Origin: the human T2T-CHM13v2.0 reference genome, Homo sapiens
Direction: 5' to 3'
Length of the DNA stretch: 64,000 nt
Assembly (NCBI GenBank): GCA_009914755.4
Contig: CP068257.2
Span: forward strand, 13,824,001-13,888,000
Shown here piece after piece: positions 52,300 through 64,000 of the stretch. The notes below the pieces were generated by a model. It had not been told where the DNA came from. It did not search any database and saw nothing but the letters and a program-made list of their open reading frames with translations. Every line of letters starts with the position of its first letter. Position 1 is the stretch's first letter. The translations under genes and the position numbers were made by a program.

Positions 52300-54000
52300 T
52301 TTTTATTTTGATTGAACACGAGTGGAAAGTGCTCCAGGGGCGAAGTGGGTGAAGTTAGGGGAAATAAATTACAAGACATCTCTGATAGAAATAAAGCCCC
52401 CAGGGTTACCCAGAGAAAGAATCCTTCCCCAGAGTATCTGCCACTAGGTGGAGTGAACCCTGGAATAGGGCAGAGGAGACAGAAGAGCTCAGAGTTCTAA
52501 TAAAGATTTCATGCCACTTCCTCTCAGCTCTCCTGTGTGCATGACTTCCTCCCCACCTCCAAAGTGGCTGAAATTTCCTCAAGCTACAGAAAATTGTCTA
52601 CAGCATAAAACATTCAGCTTTTAGACTCTAGTTTGGAGGTGCAAAAGATGGGTTTCAGAAAATGCAAGAAAGCATCACCACACTGTCACAGGATCTTTGG
52701 GGTGTCACATTTCCAGCCAGTAAACTCTGTGGCCAGGGGCACCTTTGCCTGAGTTTTGCTCAGGCCCACTGGGCTCCTTCCACCCACTTGGCCTGGCAGG
52801 CTGCGCTTGGATCATGCTACCAACCTGGATCCTCCACCTGCCAAGTGTGAGCCAGGCATGGAGTGGTGAGGGGTGTGTGAGAGAGTGTGGGGTCTGGCCA
52901 CTGTGCATAGCCAGATATTCTGGCTATGGTAGGGCAGGCAGCTCCAGGTACTGGCACGAGTGCCTGCTCACTGCAAGGCTATGGCTGGACCAGGTGTACT
53001 GCAAATAGCTGCCACAGCTGACACCAGGAAACACAGTGGTGCCTGGAAGCTTGGAGACACCAGGAACTACAGAGCCCCAAAGAAGGTGTCACTGCCCTGG
53101 CTCGGGGAGCTTCTAGGCCTGGGCTCCCCTAGGGGCCACAGCTCTTCTCTCCTTCTTGTCACCTGCAATATGGCGAGTGAGGTGCATGTTTCAGCACTGC
53201 CTGTGTTACAGCTCTTTCAGCCCCACCATTTGGCAGGTCTTGACTTGTTGTCCCGCATCCAGGAAAAATGAGGTATGTGGACAAGTGAGCAAGGCAGAGA
53301 GGTGCTTTATTGAGCAACAGAACAGTTCAGAGGAGACCTGTAGTTGGTAGCTTCTCTCCTCAGGCAGGTCGTCTGATGAATCTGCAGCTCTCAGCAGAGA
53401 GGAGACCCTGGAGTGGGTACCTCCTCTACGCAGGCAGGTCATCCTGTCTTCTGCTGAGCTCTCAGTAGAGAGGAGACCCACAGTGGGTAGCTTCTCTCCA
53501 GAAGCAGGTTTGTCCTGTCATCTTCCTGAGTCTGGCCGAGTCCAGGATTTGTATGGGCTTCAGAGGACAGGAAGTGCATGCTGATTGGCCCATGGGTGAT
53601 TATGGGCAGGCCCTGAAAAAGCGCCATTAGTTTTCATTCTGGTCCATGGAACTGACATCCTGACCCGCAGGCTTCTTGGGTCATCCCTGGCCTGAAGCTA
53701 GTGTTTCACTGGGGACCTGCCCCTTTGCAGCCAGGAGCCTGTCTGCCTCCTGCTGCCATTAACCTGCCATCCACAGAGCCCATGGCGCCCAGGCTGCTTG
53801 TGCTGAGGGGCACCTGCAGGCCTGTGCCAAGCCGCCCTTATCCCCACCTCGACCTCCCTTCCATGCTTGTCAGTGCCCAAAGTCCAGAGGGGGCTGAAGG
53901 GGCAGGGGGCTGGCATGTCAGTGCCACTGTGAATCCCTGCAGTATAGCCATTTAAATATTGAGGGCACATTCTAGATGAGTCCTCATGTGGCAGAAGTGG
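52300..54000. other. ~1.7-kb GC-rich (≈55-58% GC) but CpG-poor block, sharply different from the flanking AT-rich DNA; possible old ERV or LTR remnant
   Basis: A composition shift is visible by eye. Many overlapping ORFs of 60-110 aa on both strands (52662..53481, 53698..54003) are typical of GC-rich non-coding DNA. It contains the ~68-bp x3 tandem repeat at 53329-53533. Confidence 0.3.
53329..53533. repeat. ~68-bp tandem repeat, 3 copies (diverged)
   Basis: Unit 1 is 'agaggagacctgtagttggtagcttctctcctcaggcaggtcgtctgatgaatctgcagctctcagc'. Unit 2 is 'agagaggagaccctggagtgggtacctcctctacgcaggcaggtcatcctgtcttctgctgagctctcagt'. Unit 3 is 'agagaggagacccacagtgggtagcttctctccagaagcaggtttgtcctgtcatcttcctgagtct'. 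Confidence 0.85.
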
Positions 54001-55138
54001 CAAACAAACCCCCTTGGGCCTCTTTTTTTAAGGGACATCATCTCATTTATGAGGGCTCTGAATTCATGATATGATTGCTTCCCAGAGGCCCAATATCTGA
54101 ATATCATCATATTGGGGGTTAGGATTTCAATATATAAATTTGTAGATATTCAGACCATAATAGACCTTCCAACCTGCATAGCTATAGCTTAATTAATGTT
54201 CACAGTCATCAAAAAAATAAGACTACAGACACAACCACAGTCTTATAAGAAGGCTTGCGGAAAACTTTAATTTCCTATCTCCCATCAGCTTTATGAATAA
54301 CTGAATCATTGAAAAATAAAAACCGAAAATCTTATTTATTATATATTTTATTGAAAACTGGTTAGCAACAGATAAATTACAATAGAGCCTGGATATAAAA
54401 ATGAGAGAAGAATGCAGACTTACAAGCTTATAGAGAAAGTCAAAAAGGAGCAAGTTTTTGAAATCAGATTTTATGATACGGAAAAAAAATTTCCTTTTTT
54501 TGCCAACAGGATTATTTCGAATAATAAATCTGCCAGTGCCAATCAGAAACACCATTTCCACAATATTTGCATGCCCCTAGTTGCCTATTTTATACATATC
54601 GACTCCTTGAGCTAGGGGTATTCGTGTCTCTAAAAGGAAAACGAGTGTATTGTATAGGTTAATATGTTTTCTGTTTATGGGCACAATTCATTCTCAACTT
54701 CTGTAATGTCTCAGGAATAATTCATAATATTGAACAGCTGGTGACAAGTAACATACAAAAATTATATCCTACAATTTCCGTATGTTCTGAACACGGTCTT
54801 ATCAATAGCTGATAGAACATTTAGTAGCTAGTCAGCTACGGGACTTTCCAACCTAGAAGGCCTCCTCCTCCCTACCATTCAGTATTGTATATCTCAGGGC
54901 CTTTTAATCATTTCCCTGCATCTTGGTACCTGAAGGACACAGCAAACATATATTCACTGAAAATCTGAAATGACTTGAACTTGATGGTGATCTAGAGTTT
55001 TCTTCTATCTTCCTACTGATACAGGAGTGCTGGGAAGGGAGGAGTGTGGTCTCTTTAAATGATACAGAATGAGGAAGGGAAGTGCTGGGTAGAGGAAGGC
55101 ATGGTCCCTAGCTAGGGCTTTACCCCCACGGACCTAGG

Positions 55139-55412
55139 TGAGAACAGGCACTCCTGACTTCACGCCCAAATGTTGCATTTCCCAAGACCACCCTGGCTCA
55201 CCACCTCCCCATCCAAGGTCTATAAAAGCCCAAGATCCTAGCAAGGCAGAGACAGAAGCGTCTGGACATTGAGAGGACACATCAGTGGAAGAACACACAA
55301 GCGGCTGGTTGTGGAGAGCATACTGGTGGAAGAGCAGCAGAGAGCTACCTGCACTCAATAAAACTTTGCACTCATTCTCCAAGACCATGTGTGATTGATT
55401 CTTCTGGTACAC
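55139..55412 (+). mobile_element. solo LTR-like unit (ERV class not determined) with canonical U3-R signals
   Basis: 'tgagaacaggcactcctgacttcacgcccaaatgttgcatttcccaagaccaccctggctcacc…ggtctataaaagcccaagatcctagcaaggcagagacagaagcgtc…cagagagctacctgcactcaataaaactttgcactcattctccaagaccatgtgtgattgattcttctggtaca'. It starts with TG and ends with CA. The TATAAAAG box (55221-55228) lies ~140 bp upstream of CAATAAAA (55366-55373), followed by a GT-rich 'tgtgtgattgattc'. No partner LTR is found within the window. Confidence 0.45.
55221..55373 (+). promoter_or_regulatory. LTR-embedded TATA box (tataaaag) and polyadenylation signal (aataaa) in the order expected for an LTR promoter/terminator
   Basis: Direct read of both motifs with the spacing typical of retroviral U3/R. 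No evidence of activity is available from sequence alone. Confidence 0.3.
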
Positions 55413-57195
55413 CAAGGCAAGAACCTGGAGATACAGAAAGTCTTCTATCCTTGCAACAAAGTCCAACTGAGCTGGTTAACACAAGCTGCCTAGAGAGGGC
55501 AAACTAACAGAGCACCCTGTAACACACGCCCACTGGCACTTCAGGAGCTGTAAACATTCACCCCTAGACACTGCCGTGGGGTTGGAGCCCCACAACCTGC
55601 CCATCTGTATGCTCCCCTAGAAGTTTGAGCAGTGGGGCACTGAAGAAGCAAGCTACACCCCCACCACACACCCTGCAAGGGGGACAAGGGAACCTTTCCC
55701 ATTTCACTACCTACTAAACTCATTAAGAACTCAACAAAATGGCCATTATGTCATTGTTATAAGTCTGGTCAAACTCTTTTTATTCTCTAGTTGGGCAGCA
55801 AGATTTTACTCTACAATCCACTGCAGCTTCCCATTGATGAATTTTGTTCTTTGAACTGGAGAAACTGTAAGCACAGGAGTACCTGTTGTTTTCAATTTCT
55901 ACCTTGCATAAACATTTGAAGAAGTTTGACTAAAGATAATAATGTTACACTTTTTTTGGCTTTACAAATTAGAATTAAACAATGATGTCTTTACTTGATT
56001 AAATCTTAAAGCCAATTAATGGCAAACAGTTACTGTGAAATTAGTCAGATTCTATAATTTGAAAGAAACTTGCAATGTGATCACACAATTTAATATTTAT
56101 GAATAATTTTCTCATGACTAAAGAGATACCTGTTAATGGGCTTCTAAAAATGAGATTCAGTAATTATCACTTAAATAGCTCATTGTCTGTTTCAGAATTT
56201 TACCAGTCAAGCTTTTTTTCATTTCTAATGCAGAATTAGAGGAGGGTGGAGAGAAACCGTAGTCACTATTCTTTCCATTATAGTTGTCCACTATCTTATG
56301 TCAGTTTCCCAAAGGTATGGTGGAGTAATCATGGAGGTCACCTTTGCTTCTGGAAAAAAAAAAGCTTCATTTAAATTACCTTAGCTAGTACCAATTTTTT
56401 TTTCAATTCTATTTTAGTCCTTTCCCCCCCTGCTGCCACCTCATTGTTTTACAAGTAATGATAAATGTGATAATGAGTAATGACATCTATTCATGGAAAA
56501 TGTGAAAAGTCTGAAGTTACAGTATTTTTCATTAGGAAAATGTGTCTCTAGCAGAGTTAGGCACCTTGACTTAATCAGCCTAGCTCCAACTCTGTAAAAG
56601 AAATGAATTTTCCTTAAATTTCAGAGTCCCCTTCTTCCTCCTCCTCCCCATTTTCACTCCTAATAGCTATATAAGCTTGTTCATGGTAGTTTAAGTGTAA
56701 AGAAATGTTTCAACTCTTATTTGTATCCATTAAAATGCAAATGATGTAGGGTTTTCTGATTGTTTAATCCCTGGGAGTTTTTGGATATGAAACATTGAGT
56801 ACATGTTTTCAAAGTGAATTCTTAGTATCCTTCATCTGCTCCCTTCCAATATGCAGAATACAATGAATGATTAGTGTTAAACCAGGAAAGCAAGATGTAT
56901 GTAGAGATTAAAAATGACCTTGCTTTCTTGATCTCCATTTGGGACTAGCCATATGGTGCAGAGAGGCTATCTTAAAAACGTGAGGTCACCCATGTTATTT
57001 CTATAGCTCTTCCATATCAGGATTTCAAACAATTTATCTCTAAATTGTCATTGATAGTATGTTATTTGACCTCCAACTAAAATAATACTACCTATGTAAT
57101 TAATGTAAGAAAAATGATCCACCATAAAAATCTGTCAGTTTTATATAAATACAGCCTTTTGTCAGAGGGTTACTTGAGAAAAAAATGGAGAGTTG

Positions 57196-57403
57196 TTAAA
57201 CATTTGAATACCACGCATTGATGCTTACAAATATAACATATCTATATAGTAACAATATCATACCAAACATATATGCAAATTTGTAATATGAATATTACTA
57301 GTTAAACATTTGAATACCAAGCATTTATGCTTACAAATATATCTATATAGTAACAATATAATACCAACAATATAGGCAAATTTGTAATATGAACATTACC
57401 AAG
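57196..57403. repeat. ~105-bp tandem duplication (2 copies, ~88% identical)
   Basis: Copy 1 is 'ttaaacatttgaataccacgcattgatgcttacaaatataacatatctatatagtaacaatatcataccaaacatatatgcaaatttgtaatatgaatattactag'. Copy 2 is 'ttaaacatttgaataccaagcatttatgcttacaaatatatctatatagtaacaatataataccaacaatataggcaaatttgtaatatgaacattaccaag'. Confidence 0.95.
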
Positions 57404-59899
57404 ATAAAGTTTAAATGCAACAAAAAAGAATGAAATTAATTTTGTTATAGTAGAGAGGTAGGTAAGAATTTTTTAAAAAAAGAAATAAACATATGTACAT
57501 TATATACATATATGTACACACACATAGTTTTCTTGGCTTCTGAACTTTCACTGAGTAATATCAACTGCCTTTTTTAAGGTAACATCATAATCCAAATATC
57601 TCTTTCTGCAAATTCAAGGCAAAGCAATATGATACCCATCTTCATTATCTTTCCTTTCTCCTTTCTCATCACCAAGGCTACAGTGTGTTATCCAGATTTG
57701 TCCTTTCTTGGCTCATTTCAAGCTTCATCAAACGTTACCTATTTTGTGTATCATGTCCTCAAGTCACCAGTCAATATAATATCTACCTCCTACTTTAATA
57801 TGTATGTGGATACATATATTACTCCATGTAACATCTGGGGAAAAGAGGTTTAAAACCACAACTCTTACCATGACAATTCACTGTCATGGTAAGAATGCCA
57901 GGCAGGCTAGTGTATAAGGTACTAATAACTAGTACCTTTCTGAGCCCTTGTCTTACTTCTCAAATTAACCAACGTAATGAGCTTTCTACTCTTCCAAAAA
58001 GTAAGATCTACTTTGAAGTGTGGATATTCAAGAACCATGTTCCCAACCAACATCCAAAGCCAAAGCAATAAGCATGTTGTCAATTTCGACTCTTTCTGTG
58101 AAGACTCTATCAAACATAGATTCTTGGATCTACCAAAATATATCTCCTTTTCCGTGATCTTGTTTTCACTTTAACTGCTCGCTGCAAAAAAAAGAAAAAA
58201 AAAATCTTAGCTACATTACTTTTAACCATAATAGTTGCTTTCTGATCCTTACAAATAATATTTGGGTATAAACACCATCAACAAACTTCTCTTTTCCAGT
58301 TTCTGGCCCAGGATACAGAAAGCCTTTATCATTTCAGGCTCTTGCAAGCATTTTGCAATCACTTTATGTCCCAGGCAATAAATATTAATTCCAGTAAGTG
58401 TTTACTTAAATAAGTTTGTGGCCACTTGCAGAACCCATTATGTAACACTCCCTACAACTCTCTGCCTGCCAAAATATCACACTTTGAACAAGGCTTTTGG
58501 TTCAATCAGTGTATCAGCCCAATACATCGCTGCTTCTAGCCTCAACATCCTTCCCTTCTTTCCAGAGGAAGAAGGTGGTAAAGTCGTTTCCTTCCATTGC
58601 TGTGAATCAAAAGACATTTGACCATTTGACAAGGGCAACAGAATGCTGCCTGCCTGCTGTCTATCCAAAAACAAGGAGGAATTTTGCAGGAGTGTTGCAA
58701 AATAAAATTCTTCATTCAGAAAGATTTTTATTCAGATAAAAAAATTGGTTAACGAATGCAGCTTTAATTGCTTCTAGAGTTTGAAAGGGATTGTTTTTAT
58801 AATATGCTATTACTTTCACCCAATTCATATTATAAACCATTCCAAGGCTTTAAACAAAAACTAAAGGGAACATATCTGTAAAAGTAACAACTAGCCTTGA
58901 ATATAAACTTGGAATTAAATAAAATTATGTTATATGCTACAAATTAATCAAAAATTAAATATTTATATCATCATTATTTAACTTATTCACTTCTTGATTA
59001 ATTCATCAATTCACATGTTTTAGAACCACAATTTATGCTTATGTCACTTCATTATAAAAAGAAGGCTACATAGAACAAATAATTAGAAAAAGTTTCTATT
59101 CTTCATACACATACAAGAGCTTGCATGATACACTGAATACTCTAGATAAAGTTATGCCTTTCCCATTAATAGATGTAAAGATGCAGGGATGAAGAGGAAA
59201 CTGAAAGTTCCTAAAAATTAGTCCTTATATCTCATATGCCTGGAAATGTAACCCAACATTCTATCAAAAGAGATTTGTAGTGGATTCATATTAGAGAGAG
59301 ACACTGAAAGCCAAGCACTTAAAACAAATTTAATTTGCCAAAATTTCAAAGTGGAAAAATTTCAGAAGCCTTCTGACACTTACCAGTGCCATAGGAATTA
59401 TGCATTTACTGGCATCATGCATTTGTAGTCTGAAGAAATACAGTAATACTACATGGATTTCTGATATATTAAAATGTCTTCTTTCCTAGGGTGCTAAGGC
59501 AAGTGCACTCTATGTTGGTTGCCTGAGCTCGTAGCCTTATCACTCTTAAGTTTGTGTTTAGTAAGTATATTATTTTGAACTAGAAGTGAGGTTGGTTTTG
59601 TAGTTGTTAACGATTTGCTTTCTTGTGTACATTTGATCTCTCTAAAAAAGATACAAGTGTACTGAGGACTGGGATGGTATCTTTCATATCTTTTGCACAA
59701 TCCAATTGCATTAGAACCATACAGTGCTCCCGGTGCCAGCATCACAGCTACTCATCAGGACTGAATTAGGAATCCAACCCATTAACTGGCTCCGTGACCC
59801 TGGACAATTCATTTTACCTTTTGAGACTCCTGGTGCTTCCCATATAAAATGAGGTGACTACATTCTTTCTAAGATACTTTCCAGTTATAAAACTCTATG

Positions 59900-61360
<1,461 letters not shown>

Positions 61361-61365
61361 TCTTT

Positions 61366-61760
61366 GACCCCGACATGGTTTGGCTCTGTGTCCCACCCAA
61401 ATCTCATCTTGAATTGTAATCCCCATGTGTCAAAGGTGAGATGTGTAATCTCCACGTGTGGAGGGAGGGAGGTGACTGGATAATGGGGGAAGTTTCCCCC
61501 ATGCTGTTCTTGTGATAGTGAGTGAGTTATCCTGAGATCTGATGGTTTTATAAGTGTTTGACAGTTCCTCCTTCACACACTCTTCTCCCTCCTGCCAACT
61601 TGTGAGGAAGGTGTCTGTTTCTCCTTCCACCATGATTGTAAGTTTCCTGAGGCCTCACCAGTCATGTAGAACTGTGAGTCAATTAAAATTCTTTCATTTG
61701 TTTATAAATTAGCCAGTCTCGTGTACTATCTTTATAGCAGTATGAGAATGAACTAATACA
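61366..61760 (+). mobile_element. MaLR LTR (THE1/MST family), plus orientation
   Basis: 'tgaccccgacatggtttggctctgtgtcccacccaaatctcatcttgaattgtaatccccatgtgtcaaaggtgagatgtgtaatctccacgtgtggagggagggaggtgactggataatgggggaagtttcccccatgctgttcttgtgatagtgagtgagttatcctgagatctgatggttttataag…cctgaggcctcaccagtcatgtagaactgtgagtcaattaaaattc…ataaattagccagtctcgtgtactatctttatagcagtatgagaatgaactaataca'. ORFs 61273..61455 and 61430..61633 are LTR-derived. Confidence 0.9.
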
Positions 61761-61796
61761 ACCTCCTATTTTATAATACAACCTCCTATTTTATAA
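61753..61796. repeat. 22-bp tandem duplication (2 copies) at the LTR 3' boundary
   Basis: 'tacaacctcctattttataa tacaacctcctattttataa tg'. Confidence 0.9.
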
Positions 61797-61980
61797 TGTT
61801 ATTTGTCTTCTTATTGAGTTGTACGAAGTCTTTACGTATTCTAGATATAAATACTTTATCAGATATATATTTTCCAATTGCTTTTTATATCTCTATTTTT
61901 CCTCATAGTATCTTTTGAAAAGCAAAAGGTTTAATTTTGTTAGAATCCATTTTATCAATTTTTGCTTTTATAGTTTGAGC
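61797..61980 (-). mobile_element. L1 ORF2 segment in inverted (antisense) orientation, the 5' arm of a twin-priming-like structure
   Basis: The rc of 61801-61860, 'gataaagtatttatatctagaatacgtaaagacttcgtacaactcaataagaagacaaat', parallels L1 ORF2 'agaatatataaagaactcctacaactcaataataaaaagacaaac'. The stretch 61925-61975, 'aggtttaattttgttagaatccattttatcaatttttgcttttatag', parallels the rc of 'caaaaattgacaaatgggatctaattaaactaaagagcttctgcacagcaaaag', which lies upstream of the former in L1. The L1 coordinates therefore decrease left to right. Confidence 0.5.
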
Positions 61981-61999
61981 ACATACCTCAGTAAAGATA

Positions 62000-62229
62000 C
62001 ACTAGTGCCAGTAAACAAAGCATCAGGGAAATACAAATTAAAACTACTGTTAGTTACTAGTATATATCTACTTGAATGACTAAAATTAACAAGTCTGACA
62101 ATACTAAGTGTTGGAGAGGATTTGAAGCAACTCTAGCACTCATATATTGCTGGTGAAAATGTAAAATTTCATAGTCACTTTGGAAAGCAGTTTAATTCTT
62201 TATAATAAAGCTAGTTGAAAACCTACTGT
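62000..62229 (+). mobile_element. L1 ORF2 segment (sense), start of the direct 3' arm
   Basis: '…aaagcatcagggaaatacaaattaaaactactgttagttactagtatatatctacttgaatgactaaaattaacaagtctgacaatactaagtgttggagaggatttgaagcaactctagcactcatatattgctggtgaaaatgtaaaatttcatagtcactttggaaagcagtttaattcttt' parallels L1 '…catcattagtcattagggaaatgcaaatcaaaaccacaatgagatacc…caagtgttggcgaggatgtggagaaa…acattgctggtgggaatgtaaaatggtgcagccactttggaaaacagtctggcagttcc'. This L1 position lies just 3' of where the inverted arm ends. Confidence 0.7.
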
Positions 62230-62596
62230 ATGATATGGTCTGGCTCTGTGTCCCCACCAAATCTCATCTCTAATTGTAATCCCTACATGTTGAGAGAGGA
62301 ACCTAGTGGGAGGAGACTGGATTATGGGGGCAGTGTCCCCATGCTGTCCTCATGATAGTGGGGGTGTTCTCACGAGATCTTGTTGTTTGACAAGTGTCTG
62401 GCAGTTTCCCCTGGATGCTCTCTGTCTTTTGCTGCCATATAAAATGTGTCTTGCGTCCCCCTTTGCCTTTCACCTGATTCTAGATTTCCTGAGGCTTCCC
62501 CAGTCATGCAGAACTGATAGTCAATTAAACCTTTTTTCTTCATAAATTACAGTCCCATATAGTATCTTTATAGCAGTGTGAAAACAGACTAATACA
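62230..62596 (+). mobile_element. MaLR LTR (THE1/MST/MLT-type), plus orientation, inserted into the direct L1 arm
   Basis: 'tgatatggtctggctctgtgtccccaccaaatctcatctctaattgtaatccctacatgttgagagaggaacctagtgggaggagactggattatgggggcagtgtccccatgctgtcctcatgatagtgggggtgttctcacgagatcttgttgtttgacaagtgtctggcag…cctgaggcttccccagtcatgcagaactgatagtcaattaaacc…ataaattacagtcccatatagtatctttatagcagtgtgaaaacagactaatacac'. ORF 62306..62545 is LTR-derived. Confidence 0.9.
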
Positions 62597-63118
62597 CCAT
62601 ATAATAGCATTTCTACTACTAGAAATTGAGCCTCTCTAAAAAACCCACTGATTTCCACACAAACACTAGCAAACAAATATTTGCAGCAAACTGTATTCAT
62701 AATAGCCTAATGTACAAATAATCCAAATATCCATTAACTGGTGAATAAGTTTTAAAATTGTGGTATGTAGAAAGAAATAATATTTAGCAATTTAACAGAT
62801 GAATCTCAAAAATACTGTGCTAAGTGAAAAAAGTCAGCCCTTAAAGGCTATATACTCTATAGTTCCATTTATGTGGAATTATGGAGAGGACAAAGTATAA
62901 TAACATAAAGCATCTCAGTGATTATGAGGGGTAGGGTGGGTTAGGGAATTGACTTCAATGGGGCATTAAGAGAATTTTGTCGGGAAGATTGAAATGTTCT
63001 ATATCATAATTGTTGCAGTAATTGCACTACTCTATATATTTTTCAAAACTCAAAGTGCATACTTCAAACTTATGAATTTTGTTGTAGGTAAACAACACCT
63101 CAATGTAAAAAAAATGTT
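62597..63118 (+). mobile_element. L1 (older L1M/L1P type) ORF2 3' end and 3' UTR (sense), continuation of the direct arm to its 3' terminus
   Basis: '…ctagaaattgagcctctctaaaaaacccactgatttccacacaaacactagcaaacaaatatttgcagcaaactgtattcataatagcctaatgtacaaataatccaaatatccattaactggtgaataagttttaaaattgtggtatgtagaaagaaataatatttagcaatttaacagatgaatctcaaaaatactgtgctaagtgaaaaaagtcagcc…tatagttccatttatgtggaattatggagaggacaaag…cataattgttgcagtaattgcactactctatatatttttcaaaactcaaagtgcatacttcaaacttatgaattttgttgtaggtaaacaacacctcaatgtaaaaaaaatg' is collinear with the L1 ORF2 C-terminal region and 3' UTR. Confidence 0.8.
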
Positions 63119-64000
63119 AATGTTTAAATAGATGAGCTTGATGAGTGAAGAAGAAATAGAAAATCTGAATAGAGCTTCAATCATGCAGTTTGATTTCATA
63201 GTTAAAGTTGCATTCCTTCAACAACACTGAGAAAGAAATTCTAAAACTTACAAATGGAAACAGAATCCAGACAGCTTTACAAGGGAGTTCATATGATTTT
63301 ACAGTGAGGTTAGCAAAGGAAAAAGATGCATCAAAGTCTAGAAAGTCGAGGCAAAATCTCTCTTCCAGGTAGGTCTTAGAATAGATTGCATAGAACACAT
63401 TCCTTGTTCTAGCAACAAAATGCTGCAATATATGTGCTGGGATTTTGCCCAGGATAGCCCACTTGAGATTTAGAGTTCAAGGTTTTTACTGGGGGACAGG
63501 TCACATCAGAACTTTCTCCCGGTGTAGCCAGGAATGATTATCAAAGTTCTAGACTCCTAGGAGGAAAGCAGGTATTTACCATCAATCACACTGTTTGCAC
63601 AGTATAGGCAAGGAGGACTCAGTGCCTGAGGCATACAAGACAGCCGGATTCTTTAGTAACAAAAGGAAAATTCCAAAGTCAAGTTTTCAGACACCAGCCA
63701 AGGATTAGCAAGCCCTTCGAAGAGGAACATCAGACCTGCTACAAGACTCTTTCCTATACCATAGGGGAGGCACTTCCTTTCCTTAGCTGCAGTTCAATCT
63801 AGCTGGATTTTTTTCCCCCAAAATGTGTAGAAATGGCCTAACTAAATCCTCCTCAAAGAAACTGATCACCAGCCAACCAGCTTCATCTACTGAAATGTCA
63901 GTTTCACCTCCACAAGTTTCTTCAACAAAGCTTTTGAATTTTAGTGATTCTAACTTCTTCTCTTTGTTCACTAAGGCTAGGAGTGGTCACTGCTGCCTGC

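Noticed and set aside
52662-54003. Cluster of 60-110-aa ORFs on both strands (52662..52850, 52745..53008, 52960..53271, 53206..53481, 53698..54003 and others)
   Set aside because: Mutually overlapping ORFs in all frames are the expected by-product of a GC-rich, stop-poor block. None shows coding periodicity that I can see. The region includes a 68-bp tandem repeat.
61366-62596. Two same-orientation THE1/MST LTRs 470 bp apart, interpreted as a complete MaLR provirus (5' LTR, internal region, 3' LTR)
   Set aside because: The intervening 470 bp is far shorter than a MaLR internal region (~1.5-2 kb) and reads as L1 ORF2 sequence (inverted arm) plus a small duplication. Two independent solo LTRs, or a heavily deleted element, are more likely. 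This is left as a note inside the twin-priming finding.

Overview
This window is not prokaryotic. It reads as AT-rich (roughly 35-40% GC by eye) nuclear DNA from human or a closely related catarrhine primate, dominated by interspersed repeats. I find seven Alu elements, one with a perfect 19-bp target-site duplication. There are five THE1/MST-type MaLR LTRs, several L1 remnants on both strands (some with nested Alu and LTR insertions), MIR/L2-type fragments, and three copies of one ancient mammalian repeat family. Dinucleotide microsatellites and a handful of local tandem duplications or minisatellites are also present. No ORF in the supplied six-frame track looks like a real gene. The longest is 133 aa, with no start context or consistent codon usage, and many ORFs are translations of Alu, L1, microsatellite or tandem-repeat sequence (for example the recurrent Alu-encoded '[31 protein letters not shown]' peptides). 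I see no operon, CRISPR array, tRNA or rRNA, and therefore no 'novel prokaryotic system'. The points worth a second look are ordinary eukaryotic ones: small CpG- or GC-rich patches in an otherwise CpG-depleted desert (25.9-26.2 kb, 14.6-14.9 kb, 52.3-54.0 kb); an LTR-like unit carrying TATA and AATAAA signals (55.1-55.4 kb); a twin-priming-like inverted/direct L1 structure (61.8-63.1 kb); a very short L1PA 3' tip whose poly-A has become a (TA)n microsatellite (49.47-49.66 kb); and a duplication with an inverted junction forming a perfect 12-bp hairpin (18.32-18.46 kb). All coordinates were estimated by eye from the printed sequence and may be off by a few bases. Family and subfamily names are from memory of consensus sequences, not from any database search.
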